The notes: generated by a model from the sequence alone, not told the origin. A DNA stretch of 64,000 nucleotides from Alphaproteobacteria bacterium (GCA_963665325.3 CAXXWS020000003.1:416001-480000); one strand, 5' to 3'. Counted from the first letter of the stretch, positions 1 to 10,212 are shown. Program-made: numbers and translations.

Positions 1-267
1 GTCGCCCTGCGCGGCGGCGGTGTTCTCTGGCGGTGGGTAGACCGGGCGCGGATCCATGTCCGACCCCTGAGCAGCGCCACGATAGGCGCCTATCTGGATG
101 CGGTCGGACCGGCAGCGCTCACTTCGGTCGGCGCTTACCAGTTCGAAGGGCGGGGCGCGCAGTTGTTCGAGCGGGTGACGGGCGATTTTTTCACCGTGCT
201 GGGCCTGCCGCTCCTGCCGCTCCTCGAATTTCTGCGCAGCGAAGGAGTGCCGGAATGGGCATGCTGA
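1..267 (+). CDS. maf: Maf family nucleoside triphosphate pyrophosphatase, 3' part (runs off window start)
   Basis: Frame 1 translates ...SVGAYQFEGRGAQLFERVTGDFFTVLGLPLLPLLEFLR..., the Maf C-terminal signature; stop TGA 265-267; upstream of aroE as usual. Confidence 0.88.
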   Translation, partial: VALRGGGVLWRWVDRARIHVRPLSSATIGAYLDAVGPAALTSVGAYQFEGRGAQLFERVTGDFFTVLGLPLLPLLEFLRSEGVPEWAC

Positions 268-1094
268 CCGGGGCGGCGAAGGTGGCCGGCATCATGGGCT
301 GGCCGGTCTCGCATTCGCGCTCGCCGGCTATCCACGGCCACTGGCTCGCACGCTATGGCATAGACGGCGCCTATATCCCGTTCTCCGTGCGCCCCGAAGA
401 CGGCTACGATGCCATCCGCATGCTGCCGCGGCTGGGCTTCTCCGGCACCAATGTCACCCTGCCGCACAAAGAAACCGCGCTCCGGGCGGTGGACGAAGCG
501 GACCCGGTCGCCCGGCGCATCGGCGCGGTCAACACCGTGGTTGCTCGCGAGAACGGCTCGCTGCATGGCAGCAACACTGATGCTTACGGCTTTCTGGAGC
601 ATCTCCGCGCGTCTGCGCCGGAATGGCGTCCGGGCATCGCGGTCGTGCTGGGCGCGGGGGGTTCGGCGCGGGCGGTCTCGGCAGCGCTCGTCGATGCGGG
701 GGCATCGGAGGTGCGGCTTGCCAACCGCACGGCGGAGCGCGCCGGCAGGGTCGCAGAGGAAATCGGCGGGCCGGTCGTTGCGGTGGCGTGGGACGAGCGA
801 AATACGGCGCTCGACGGGGCGGGTCTCCTGGTCAACACGACAAGTCTTGGCATGGCGGGCAGCCCGCCGCTGGAGATCGCGCTGGATGCGCTGCCGGACG
901 GCGCGGTTGTGAACGACATCGTCTATGTGCCGCTGGAAACGCCGCTGCTCGCCGCCGCGCGCCGGCGGGGCCTAGCTGCCGTGGACGGGCTCGGCATGCT
1001 GCTGCACCAGGCGCGGCCCGGCTTCTCTGCCTGGTTCGGCACCGATCCCGAAGTGGACGATGCGCTCCGCGAGAGTGTGCTGGCGGGACTATGA
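255..1094 (+). CDS. aroE: Shikimate dehydrogenase
   Basis: PVSHSRSP, NVTLPHKE, GAVNT, NTD, GAGGSARA, DIVY and GLGMLLHQA motifs; start ATG 255 (or 261). Confidence 0.95.
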   Translation: MGMLTGAAKVAGIMGWPVSHSRSPAIHGHWLARYGIDGAYIPFSVRPEDGYDAIRMLPRLGFSGTNVTLPHKETALRAVDEADPVARRIGAVNTVVARENGSLHGSNTDAYGFLEHLRASAPEWRPGIAVVLGAGGSARAVSAALVDAGASEVRLANRTAERAGRVAEEIGGPVVAVAWDERNTALDGAGLLVNTTSLGMAGSPPLEIALDALPDGAVVNDIVYVPLETPLLAAARRRGLAAVDGLGMLLHQARPGFSAWFGTDPEVDDALRESVLAGL

Positions 1095-1768
1095 GGCGCC
1101 GGCGCACACGCCCCCGCGTCATCGGCCTCACCGGCTCCATCGGCATGGGCAAGAGCACCGCGGCCGCCATGTTGCGCGAGGCGGGGCTGCCGGTTTTCGA
1201 CGCCGACGCCGAAGTGCACCGCCTGATGGCGCGGGGCGGCGCGGCGGTGGCGGCCATAGACGCGGCATTTCCGGGCACAATTTGCGGCGGCGCGGTCAAC
1301 CGGCGCGCACTCGGCGACCGGGTCTTCGCGGACACCGAAAAGCTCCGGCAGTTGGAGCGCATCGTGCACCCACTGGTCGGGCGGGCCGAACGCGCCTTCC
1401 TGCGCCGTGCCGCGCGCGAGCGCAGGCGGGCCGTCGTGCGCGATGTGCCGCTGCTTTTCGAGACGGGCGGCGAGAAACGCTGCGACTGGACCGTCGTGGT
1501 CTCGGCGCCGGCGCATATTCAAGCTGCGCGCGTGCTGGCCCGTCCGGGCGTCACCCGGGAGCTTCTCGAATCTGTGCGTGCAAAACAGACGCCCGATGCG
1601 GAAAAGCGCAAGCGGGCCGATGTCGTGATTCCGACCGGGGTCGGACGCCGCCTGACTCGCGACCGACTCAAAGCCATGCTGCGCCGGCGGCGCCAACGCC
1701 GCCATTCGAAACGTTCGCCGCGTATAGCGCGGCGGCGGATCGGCAAGTGGAGAAGGCCCAATGCGTGA
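1091..1768 (+). CDS. coaE: Dephospho-CoA kinase
   Basis: IGLTGSIGMGKST P-loop, DADA..H, LERIVHPLV, DVPLLFE; ATGA overlap with aroE. Confidence 0.95.
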   Translation: MRRRRTRPRVIGLTGSIGMGKSTAAAMLREAGLPVFDADAEVHRLMARGGAAVAAIDAAFPGTICGGAVNRRALGDRVFADTEKLRQLERIVHPLVGRAERAFLRRAARERRRAVVRDVPLLFETGGEKRCDWTVVVSAPAHIQAARVLARPGVTRELLESVRAKQTPDAEKRKRADVVIPTGVGRRLTRDRLKAMLRRRRQRRHSKRSPRIARRRIGKWRRPNA

Positions 1769-2438
1769 AATCGTCCTCGACACCGAGACCACCGGGCTCT
1801 CTCCGGAGGAGGGAGACCGCGTCGTGGAGATCGGCGCGCTGGAGCTGTTCCACCGCGTTCCGACGGGGGAGGTCTGGCACAGCTACATCAATCCCGAACG
1901 CGACATGCCGGCCGAGGCATACCGGATCCATGAGCTGTCGGCGGAGTTCCTGTCGGACAAGCCGCGTTTCGCGGAGATCGCGGAGGGGTTCCTGGAATTC
2001 ATCGCCGATGCGCCGCTGGTGATCCATAATGCGCCGTTCGACGCGGGGTTTCTCAACGCCGAATTCGCCCGCCTCGGCCTCCCGCCGCTCGCCGGGGAGC
2101 GGCTGGTCGATACGCTGCAGATGGCGCGCAAACGGTTCGCGGGCGCTCCGAACAGCCTGGATGCGCTCTGCACGCGGTTCGAGATCGACAAGTCGGAACG
2201 CACGCTGCATGGCGCACTGGTCGATTGCCGCTTGCTGGCGGAGGTCTATCTGCACCTGACCGGCGGCCGCCAGCCGGGCCTCGCATTCCAGGCCGGGGCC
2301 GGCTCTACCGCGATGGACGGGCAGCCGCAGGGCAGCGGCCCGTTCCGTCCGCCACGCCCGCATGCGCCGACACCGGAGGAACTTGCAGCTCACAAGGCGT
2401 TCCTCGCCGGCATCAAGGACCCCGTCTGGCTGGATTGA
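1761..2438 (+). CDS. dnaQ: DNA polymerase III epsilon subunit
   Basis: MREIVLDTETTG, HNAPFD, HGALVD (DEDDh exonuclease). Confidence 0.96.
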   Translation: MREIVLDTETTGLSPEEGDRVVEIGALELFHRVPTGEVWHSYINPERDMPAEAYRIHELSAEFLSDKPRFAEIAEGFLEFIADAPLVIHNAPFDAGFLNAEFARLGLPPLAGERLVDTLQMARKRFAGAPNSLDALCTRFEIDKSERTLHGALVDCRLLAEVYLHLTGGRQPGLAFQAGAGSTAMDGQPQGSGPFRPPRPHAPTPEELAAHKAFLAGIKDPVWLD

Positions 2439-2482
2439 CGAAAGGCTTGCCGCGAGGCAGCGAAAACGACTAGCTTCACCGC

Positions 2483-2578
2483 CATGGTTCACCGGCTCCG
2501 ACGACGACGCGGCTGAACCGGCCGGACACGCTCCGGCCGGCGTCGCCGTCACGTCCGTCCGGGAGCCGTCCGACCATG
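2483..2578 (+). promoter_or_regulatory. Candidate translational attenuator: uORF 2484-2516 (MVHRLRRRRG*) within a nested stem-loop covering the downstream RBS and ATG
   Basis: Nested complementary pairs 2483-2488/2573-2578, 2493-2499/2562-2568, 2500-2509/2541-2550 (one mismatch), 2518-2526/2532-2540; CGA CGA CGA codons. Confidence 0.55.
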
Positions 2579-3106
2579 TGTCCATTCCAGATTTCTCCGC
2601 TCGAATCCGCCGACCGGCCCGCTGTGGAAGCGCTGCTCGACCGGGTGTTCGGGCAAGACCGCAGGATCCGGTCCTCCTACCGCCTCCGCGCCGGTAACCG
2701 GCCGTGCCCGGGCCTTTCCTTTGCGGCGCGGATGGACGGCCGGCTTGTCGGCAGCGTGGAGCAAACGCCGGTTGCGGTCGGGGGCGCAGGCGCCCGGTCA
2801 ATGCTGCTCGGGCCGCTCGCGGTGGAACCGGAGCTTCGCGGCCGGGGGATCGGCCGCGCCCTCATGCGCCGGACGCTCGACGCCGCGCGCGCCGCCGGCG
2901 AGGCCCATATTTTCCTGATCGGCGAGCGCACCTATTACGCGGCGCTCGGCTTCGGCCCGGCGGAAGCGGTCGGCGTTTCGGTCGCAGACGAACCGGCCGA
3001 CCGCGTCCAGCACATGACCCTTGCCCCGGACACTCCCGCACCGCGAGGCGAGCTTCACCCATGGGACCGGTCGTGCGCTGGAAGCGACACAGGAGCGGCG
3101 CGATAG
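2576..3106 (+). CDS. GNAT family N-acetyltransferase (YhbS-like)
   Basis: LLGPLAVEPELRGRGIGRALM acetyl-CoA binding motif, L.G...YY..LGF. Confidence 0.88.
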   Translation: MCPFQISPLESADRPAVEALLDRVFGQDRRIRSSYRLRAGNRPCPGLSFAARMDGRLVGSVEQTPVAVGGAGARSMLLGPLAVEPELRGRGIGRALMRRTLDAARAAGEAHIFLIGERTYYAALGFGPAEAVGVSVADEPADRVQHMTLAPDTPAPRGELHPWDRSCAGSDTGAAR

Positions 3107-3125
3107 TGTATGTTTCCACGCAGCC

Positions 3126-3839
3126 ATGGCCGGAACGCCGACACGCTTCTCGCCTGAGGGCGATATCGACGCCTTCCTCGAAAAGGCGACCCGGACTGCG
3201 CGTCCTGGCGGCGGCGGGCGGCTGATCTTCGCGCTCGACGCCACCGCCAGCCGCGAGCCGACCTGGGACCGGGCGAGCCACCTTCAGGCGGAAATGTTCC
3301 AGACCGCCGCGGCGCTGGGCGGGCTGGAGGTCCAGCTCGTCTTCTATCGCGGCTTCAGGGAATGCAAGGCGAGCGGCTGGGTCCGCAATGCCAATGACCT
3401 GTTGAAACGGATGCTGCAGATCCGCTGTTACGGAGGCCTGACGCAGATCGGCCGGGTGCTGACCCACGCCGCCAAGGAGACGAACAAGCGCAAGGTCGAT
3501 GCGCTGGTATTCGTCGGTGACGCATTCGAGGAGGATATCGACCGCGTCTCGCATGAGGCCGGGAAGCTCGGCATGCTCGGTACCCCGGCGTTCCTGTTCC
3601 AGGAAGGCGGCGACCCGCTGGCGACGCGCGGCTTCAACGAGATCGCGCGGCTGACCGGCGGCGCCTGCTGCCGTTTCGACACCGGGAGCGCCGAGCAGCT
3701 GCGCGCCCTGCTGCGCGCGGTGGCGGCGTTCGCAGCCGGCGGCCGGGCCGCTCTGACATCGCTGCCCGGCAGTGCGGCGAAACAATTGGCTGGACAGATG
3801 AAGGCCCTGCCGGGCGCCCGGAGGGGTCGCCGGAAGTGA
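3126..3839 (+). CDS. VWA domain protein
   Basis: LIFALDATASR (MIDAS-like), GGLTQIGRVL, VFVGDAFEE. Confidence 0.8.
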   Translation: MAGTPTRFSPEGDIDAFLEKATRTARPGGGGRLIFALDATASREPTWDRASHLQAEMFQTAAALGGLEVQLVFYRGFRECKASGWVRNANDLLKRMLQIRCYGGLTQIGRVLTHAAKETNKRKVDALVFVGDAFEEDIDRVSHEAGKLGMLGTPAFLFQEGGDPLATRGFNEIARLTGGACCRFDTGSAEQLRALLRAVAAFAAGGRAALTSLPGSAAKQLAGQMKALPGARRGRRK

Positions 3840-4534
3840 TCGGCGTTGTCGTCCTGGTCCTGGCGCTGCTGGTGTGCCTGCCGTTGCTGGCGCGCTGGGC
3901 CGCAAATGCCGACCCGAGAGTGCTTCTGCGCGTGCTCAGGCTGGCGGCGGCCCTCGTCATGGGCGCGGCCATCGTCCTGTTGCTGGTGTTCGGCCGGGGC
4001 CTCGTTCTGGGCCTGTTGGCGCCGCTGCTGTTCGGCCTGTTCATGCAGTGGCGGCGCGCGCGCAACATGGCGAAGACCGCGCGCGGGCCGACGCCCGGCA
4101 AGGGCTCGGAGGTGCAGACCCGCTTCCTCGCCATGCGTCTCGACCACGATAGCGGGGCCATGCACGGGCGCGTCATAGACGGACCCCATGCCGGCGCGAG
4201 CCTGGACCGGCTGAACGACGGCGAACTCATGGACCTGCTGCGCTTCTACACCGGCAACGACCCCCGCTCGGCCCAGCTTCTGGAAAGCTGGCTGGACCGC
4301 GAAGGGCCGGAGAACTGGCGCGACATGGCCTCGGGCGAGGCACCGGCCGCAAGCGGGGCCGGCATGAGCCGCAGCGAAGCCTACAAGGTGCTCGGCCTCA
4401 ATCCCGGGGCGGCGGCGGCCGAAATCCGCGCGGCGCACCGCCGGCTGATGCGCGAATACCACCCGGACCGGGGCGGCTCGACATTCTTCGCCGCGCAAAT
4501 AAACCAGGCCAAGGATATATTGCTGGAGTCCTGA
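3836..4534 (+). CDS. Membrane-anchored protein with C-terminal J (DnaJ) domain
   Basis: N-terminal hydrophobic segments; EAYKVLGL...HPDRGGS...INQAKD. Confidence 0.88.
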   Translation: MIGVVVLVLALLVCLPLLARWAANADPRVLLRVLRLAAALVMGAAIVLLLVFGRGLVLGLLAPLLFGLFMQWRRARNMAKTARGPTPGKGSEVQTRFLAMRLDHDSGAMHGRVIDGPHAGASLDRLNDGELMDLLRFYTGNDPRSAQLLESWLDREGPENWRDMASGEAPAASGAGMSRSEAYKVLGLNPGAAAAEIRAAHRRLMREYHPDRGGSTFFAAQINQAKDILLES

Positions 4535-4578
4535 GGCGCAGGGCTCGCGCATGCGGGGGAATGAAGGGGCGTTCATCC

Positions 4579-5448
4579 ATGACGCAACCGGTCAAGACGG
4601 CGGTCATTCCGGCGGGAGGGCTCGGCACACGGTTCCTGCCGGCTACCAAGGCTGTGCCGAAGGAAATGCTTCCCGTGGTGGACAAGCCGCTGATCCAGTA
4701 TGCGGTCGAGGAGGCGCAGGCGGCCGGGATCGAGTCCTTCGTGTTCGTGACCACGCGCGGCAAGGCGGCCATGGAGGACCATTTCGACCTCGCTACGGAA
4801 CTGGATGAGGTGCTGGCGGCGGACGGCAAGGAGGAGTTGCGCGCGGCGGCCTCCGCTATGGTGCCGGCGGCGGGCGCGGTCGTGCATGTCCGCCAGCAGG
4901 CGCCGCTCGGCCTCGGCCATGCGGTCTGGTGCGCGCGCCATGTGGTCGGCGATGCGCCGTTCGCCGTGCTGCTGCCCGACGATCTCGTGCTCTCCGAACG
5001 GCCCTGCCTTGCCCAGCTTCTCGACGTCCACCGCGCGCATGGCGGCAATGTCGCCGCAGTCATGGACGTGCCGCGCGAGGAGACCGTCCGTTACGGCGTG
5101 CTGGACGTGGTGGAAGATGATGGGCGGCTGGCCTCGGTGCGGGGCCTGGTCGAGAAGCCGGCTCCGGCCGACGCACCCTCGACGCTCGCCATCGTGGGCC
5201 GCTATGTGCTCGACCCCTCGGTGCTCACCGCGCTCGACGATCAGGAAACCGGCGCCGGCGGCGAAATCCAGTTGACCGACGCCATGGCGCGCACGGTCGG
5301 CGATGTGCCCTTCCACGGCCTTCGCTTCGAGGGAAGGCGATACGACTGCGGCGACAAGTTGGGCTTCCTCGAAGCGAATATCGCTTGCGCGCTCGCGAGA
5401 CCCGATCTTGCGCCGGCGGCTAGGGAAATCCTGGCCCGCTTCGTCTGA
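4579..5448 (+). CDS. galU: UTP-glucose-1-phosphate uridylyltransferase
   Basis: AVIPAGGLGTRFLPATKAVPKEMLPVVDKP, VEKP, GEIQLTDAM. Confidence 0.95.
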   Translation: MTQPVKTAVIPAGGLGTRFLPATKAVPKEMLPVVDKPLIQYAVEEAQAAGIESFVFVTTRGKAAMEDHFDLATELDEVLAADGKEELRAAASAMVPAAGAVVHVRQQAPLGLGHAVWCARHVVGDAPFAVLLPDDLVLSERPCLAQLLDVHRAHGGNVAAVMDVPREETVRYGVLDVVEDDGRLASVRGLVEKPAPADAPSTLAIVGRYVLDPSVLTALDDQETGAGGEIQLTDAMARTVGDVPFHGLRFEGRRYDCGDKLGFLEANIACALARPDLAPAAREILARFV

Positions 5449-5487
5449 AGCAGCGGCCGGCACCGGGAAGGCGGCGGGGGAAAGGAC

Positions 5488-6801
5488 ATGCGCATTGCGA
5501 TGGTGGGCGCGGGCTATGTCGGCCTGGTAACGGGCTCCTGTTTCTCCGAGTTCGGCACGGATGTGGTCTGCGTGGACAAGGACGCGGACCGGATCCGGGC
5601 GCTCAGGCAAGGCGACATGCCGATCTTCGAACCGGGTCTCGACGATCTGGTGGCGCGCAATGTCGACGCGGGCCGCCTGTCCTTTACGACCGACCTCGAA
5701 GAGGCCGTCGGTGAAGCGGATGTCGTGTTCATCGCCGTCGGTACGCCGAGTCGGCGCGGCGACGGCCATGCGGACCTGAGTTTCGTCTTCGAAGCGGCGC
5801 GGGAGGTCGCGGCGGCGGTTCGGGGCTATACCGTGCTGGTGACCAAATCGACGGTGCCCGTCGGGACAGGTGCGCGCGTTGCGGAGATTGCCGGGCAATT
5901 GCGGCCGGACACCGAGATCGATGTCGTCTCCAACCCTGAATTCCTGCGCGAGGGCGCAGCGATCGAGGACTTTATGCGCCCCGACCGGGTGGTGATCGGC
6001 GCGGAGACCGACCGCGCCCGCGCCGCGATGCAGGAACTCTATCGGCCGCTCTTCCTGCGCGAGACGCCGATCCTGTTCACCGACCGCGAGACGGCGGAGC
6101 TGACCAAATACGCCGCCAATGCCTTCCTCGCGGTCAAGATCACCTTCATCAACGAGATCGCCGACCTTTGCGAGCGCGTGGGCGCGGACGTGCAGGACGT
6201 GGCGCGCGGCATGGGGCTCGACCGGCGCATTGGCGACAAGTTCCTGCATCCCGGCCCCGGCTACGGAGGCTCCTGTTTCCCGAAGGACACGCTGGCGTTG
6301 ACCCGGACGGCAAGCGATGCCGGTACGCCCGTGCGCTTGGTGGAAACGGCCGCCGCGGTCAACGAGGACCGCAAGCGCGCCATGACCGGGCGGGTAATGG
6401 AGGCGCTCGGCGGCGATGCGGCGGGCAAGACGGTCGCCGTGCTGGGCCTCGCCTTCAAGCCCAATACGGATGACATGCGCGAGGCGCCGAGCCTGGAACT
6501 GGTGCCGGCGCTGCAGGCGGCCGGGGCGGCGGTGCGCGCCTACGACCCGCAGGCGATGGCAACGGCCGGCCCGCTGCTGCCCGGCGTGACATGGTGCGCG
6601 GACGTTTACGAGGCGGCGGCCGGGGCCGATTGCGCGGTGCTGCTGACCGAATGGAACGAATTCCGCGGGGTGAACTTGGACCGGCTGCGGGCCGCGATGG
6701 CTGCGCCAGCGATAGTGGACCTCCGCAATGTGTACAAACCGGCGGAAATGGCAGCCGCAGGTTTCGCCTATCGCGGCATTGGAAAAGGGCGGACGACGTG
6801 A
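5488..6801 (+). CDS. ugd: UDP-glucose/GDP-mannose 6-dehydrogenase
   Basis: [43 protein letters not shown]. Confidence 0.93.
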   Translation: MRIAMVGAGYVGLVTGSCFSEFGTDVVCVDKDADRIRALRQGDMPIFEPGLDDLVARNVDAGRLSFTTDLEEAVGEADVVFIAVGTPSRRGDGHADLSFVFEAAREVAAAVRGYTVLVTKSTVPVGTGARVAEIAGQLRPDTEIDVVSNPEFLREGAAIEDFMRPDRVVIGAETDRARAAMQELYRPLFLRETPILFTDRETAELTKYAANAFLAVKITFINEIADLCERVGADVQDVARGMGLDRRIGDKFLHPGPGYGGSCFPKDTLALTRTASDAGTPVRLVETAAAVNEDRKRAMTGRVMEALGGDAAGKTVAVLGLAFKPNTDDMREAPSLELVPALQAAGAAVRAYDPQAMATAGPLLPGVTWCADVYEAAAGADCAVLLTEWNEFRGVNLDRLRAAMAAPAIVDLRNVYKPAEMAAAGFAYRGIGKGRTT

Positions 6802-8185
6802 GCGGGCACAGGTTCCATCCGAGCTTCCTGCGCGAATACGATGCGCGCGGCATTGTCGGCGCGACGCTGGACAAGGCAGATGCGCTGGCACTCGGCCGCG
6901 CGTTCGGCACCGTCCTGGCGCGGAGCGGCCGGGGCAGCGCGGCAGTCGGCTATGACGGCCGGCTGAGTTCCCCCGGCCTTGAAGCGGCGCTGGTCGAAGG
7001 GCTTTCCGCCGCCGGAATCGCCGTCACCCGCATCGGCCTCGGGCCGACGCCCATGCTCTATTTCGCGATGTACCATCTGGGCTCGACGGCGGCGTCATGG
7101 TCACCGGCTCGCACAACCCGCCGGACTACAATGGCTTCAAGATGGTGCTGGCGGGCGAGGCATTCTTCGGCGAACGCATCCGAGAGCTTGGGCCGCTCGC
7201 CGCTGCGGGCGACTTCGCCAGCGGGAGGGGTGCGGTCTCGGAGGCGGCGGTCGAGGACGCCTATGTTGCGCGGCTGGCCGAGGAAGCCGGCGAGGGACCG
7301 GGGCTTCGCGTCGGGTGGGACGCCGGCAACGGCTCGGCCGGGCGGGTCATGGCGCGCCTCGCCGCCCGGCTGCCGGGCGAGCATTTCCTGCTGAACGAGC
7401 GCATCGACGGGACCTTCCCTGCCCACCATCCGGACCCGACCGTGCCGGAGAACCTGGCCCAGCTTGTCGATCTGGTGCGCCGCGAGCGGCTCGACCTCGG
7501 CATAGCGCTCGACGGCGACGGCGACCGCATCGGCGCGGTCGATGGCGAGGGGGAAGTGCTCTGGGCGGACCAGCTTCTCATCCTGCTCGCCCGCGACCTG
7601 CTCGCGGAACGGCCGGGAGCGAGCATCATCGCCGATGTGAAGGCGAGCCAGGCGCTGTTCGACGCCGTGGCGGCGGCCGGCGGCCGGCCGGAGATGTGGA
7701 AGACCGGACATACGCTCATCAAGAGCCGCATGGTCGAGACCGGCGCGCCGCTCGCCGGCGAGATGAGCGGCCATATCTTCTTCGCCGACCGCTGGTATGG
7801 CTTCGACGACGGCCTCTATGCCGCGCTCCGCCTGCTGGGGGCGCTCGAGCGTTCGGGCGCCTCTCTGGCGGAGTTCCGTCGCGCGCTGCCGGTCTGGCTC
7901 AACACGCCCGAATTGCGCTTCCCCTGCCCGGAGGCGCGCAAATTCGAAGTTCCGGGCGAAGTCGCCGGCCGGCTGGCCGCGACCGGCGCCGAGGTCAACG
8001 CAACCGACGGCGTGCGCGTTTCCACCGGCGACGGCTGGTGGCTGCTGCGCGCCTCCAACACCCAGGATGTGCTCGTTGCGCGCTGCGAGGCGCATGCGGG
8101 GGCGGGGCAGGCCGGGCTCGACCGGCTCAAGGCCGCGCTCACCGCCGAACTCCGCGCCTCGGGTGTCGAACCCCCGGAGATCTGA
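6798..8185 (+). pseudogene. Phosphomannomutase/phosphoglucomutase (AlgC/ExoC-like), frameshifted at about 7079-7081
   Basis: N-part (REYDARG...PTPMLYF) in one frame; VTGSHNP, DGDGDR and GEMSGH in another; one extra G in CTGGGCTC restores [16 protein letters not shown]. May be a sequencing error. Confidence 0.85.
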
Positions 8186-8192
8186 CCCTGCC

Positions 8193-8540
8193 ATGCCAGC
8201 AACCCGTCCCAACCCTCTCAAGCTCAACCGCCTGCAATGCAAGACGCTCGCGCTGTTGCAGGCGCTCGCCGAACTGCCGCGCTACGCGACGCCGGGACCC
8301 GAGGAGGGTGAGACCGTAATCGATTCCATGCCGCCCGCGCACGGCGACCATTTCCATGTCGGGCCCTGGATCGTGTTGGCCCGCGACGCGACCGGGCTTG
8401 GCAATTCTTCCGTGCGGGCGGCGCTCATCCGCCGGGGGCTGGTGCGCGATGCTGCCGGCCGCACCGTGCTGACGGCCGCCGGCAAGGACTACGAAACCGG
8501 GATGGCCAAGTCTATCCTGCATGGCAGCGACCACGATTGA
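8193..8540 (+). CDS. Hypothetical protein (about 115 aa)
   Basis: MPATRPNPLKLNRLQCKTLALLQ..., fills the gap between co-oriented genes, GC3-biased. Confidence 0.65.
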   Translation: MPATRPNPLKLNRLQCKTLALLQALAELPRYATPGPEEGETVIDSMPPAHGDHFHVGPWIVLARDATGLGNSSVRAALIRRGLVRDAAGRTVLTAAGKDYETGMAKSILHGSDHD

Positions 8541-8581
8541 CACAAGGCGGCCGGGGGCGGCCGCCGGACGGGAGGGGAAAT

Positions 8582-9502
8582 ATGCGCATCGGTTTCATCG
8601 GCCTCGGCATCATGGGCGGCCCCATGGCGCTCAATATCCGCAAGGCGGGCTTCGACATGACGGTCCACGACCTGAACCGTCAGGCCGCCGGCCCGCTGGA
8701 GGCCGCCGGGGCGGCGTGGGCGGACAGCGTGCGCGCCGTCGCGGAGGCCTCCGATGTGGTGCTGACCTCGCTGCCGGGCCCGCCGGAGGTGGAGGCCGTC
8801 GCCCCGGAACTGCTGGCGGGTTTCACCGCGGGCAAGGTCTGGTTCGACCTCACGACCAACTCCCCGGTGCTGATCCGCCGCCTGCACCCGGCCTTCGCGG
8901 AAATCGGCGCGGAACTGTTCGATGCGCCGGTGAGCGGCGGCCCGCGCGGCGCGCAGTCGGGCAAGCTCGCCGTGCTGGTCGGCGGCGACAAGGCGGTGTT
9001 CGAGGCCAATCGCGCCCCGCTCGACGCGATGGGCGACCAGGTGCGCCATGTGGGTCCTTTGGGCGCGGGCGCGGTCACCAAGCTCGTCCACAACGCGTCG
9101 GCCTATGCGATGCAGGCTGCGGTCGCCGAGATGTTCACCGCGGGCGTCAAGGCCGGCGTCGAGCCGCTGGCGCTCTGGGAGGCGATCCGCCAGGGCGTGC
9201 GCGGGCGCCAGCGCGGCTTCGACAGCCTCTCGGACCATTTCCTGCCCAACGACTACGACCCGCCGGACTTCGCGCTCCGCCTCGCCCACAAGGACGTTTC
9301 GCTCGCCGCCGAGCTCGGCCGCGACATGGGCGTGCCGATGCGGCTCATCGACATGACCCGCGCCGAAATGAGCGAGGCGATGGGCCGGGGCTGGGGCGAC
9401 CGCGACTCCCGCGCCTTCCTCATCCTCCAGCAGGAACGCGCCGGTGTGCATATCGAAGTGGACAAGGCCGCCATCGACGCCGTGCTCAAGGCGGACGAGT
9501 AG
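8582..9502 (+). CDS. NAD(P)-dependent oxidoreductase, 3-hydroxyisobutyrate dehydrogenase family
   Basis: IGFIGLGIMGGPMA, DAPVSGG, KLVHN, F.LRLAHKD. Confidence 0.9.
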   Translation: MRIGFIGLGIMGGPMALNIRKAGFDMTVHDLNRQAAGPLEAAGAAWADSVRAVAEASDVVLTSLPGPPEVEAVAPELLAGFTAGKVWFDLTTNSPVLIRRLHPAFAEIGAELFDAPVSGGPRGAQSGKLAVLVGGDKAVFEANRAPLDAMGDQVRHVGPLGAGAVTKLVHNASAYAMQAAVAEMFTAGVKAGVEPLALWEAIRQGVRGRQRGFDSLSDHFLPNDYDPPDFALRLAHKDVSLAAELGRDMGVPMRLIDMTRAEMSEAMGRGWGDRDSRAFLILQQERAGVHIEVDKAAIDAVLKADE

Positions 9503-9518
9503 GGGCGGAGGCGCGACT

Positions 9519-10202
9519 GTGACGGCAGCCACCATTCCGTCCGCGCTGTTCGACTTCCTGCGCGAGCTGAAGGAGAACAACGACCGGGGCTGGTTCGAGG
9601 CGAACCGGGAGCGTTATGTCGGGCAGGTGCGCGACCCGATGCTGGACTTCATCGCCGCCTTCGGGGAGCCGCTGGCCGCGATCAGTCCGCATTTCCGCGC
9701 CGACCCGAGGGCGAACGGCGGCTCGCTGTTCCGCATCTACCGCGACACCCGCTTCTCGCGGGACAAGACGCCCTACAAGACCAATGTCGGCGCGCATTTC
9801 CGCCACGCCGCCGGCAAGGACGCCCACGCGCCCGGCTTCTACCTGCACCTGGAGCCGGGCCGCTGCTTCGCGGGCTGCGGCATCTGGCGGCCGGGCGGCG
9901 AGGCGGTGGGGCATATTCGGGACGCCATAGCCGGGCGGCCCCGGGTGTGGAGGCGCGTCACCGGCGCCTCGTTTTGCGAGACCTTCGCGCTGATGGGAGA
10001 GTCGCTCAAGCGCCCGCCGCGCGGCTACGACGCGGACCATCCGCTGATCGAGGACCTGAAGCGCAAGGACTTCATCGCTAGGGCCGAAGTTTCGGAGGCC
10101 GACGCCATCGCGCCCGATTTCCTGGATCGCTTCACCGGCATTGCACGCTCGGGAGGCCCTTTCGTCCGTTTCCTGTCCGAAGCCCTCGGCGTCCCGTTCT
10201 GA
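9519..10202 (+). CDS. DUF2461 (TIGR02453) family protein
   Basis: NNDRGWFEANR, FRIYRDTRFSRDKTPYK, LKRPPRGY..DHP. Confidence 0.9.
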   Translation: MTAATIPSALFDFLRELKENNDRGWFEANRERYVGQVRDPMLDFIAAFGEPLAAISPHFRADPRANGGSLFRIYRDTRFSRDKTPYKTNVGAHFRHAAGKDAHAPGFYLHLEPGRCFAGCGIWRPGGEAVGHIRDAIAGRPRVWRRVTGASFCETFALMGESLKRPPRGYDADHPLIEDLKRKDFIARAEVSEADAIAPDFLDRFTGIARSGGPFVRFLSEALGVPF

Positions 10203-10212
10203 ACACGAGGCC

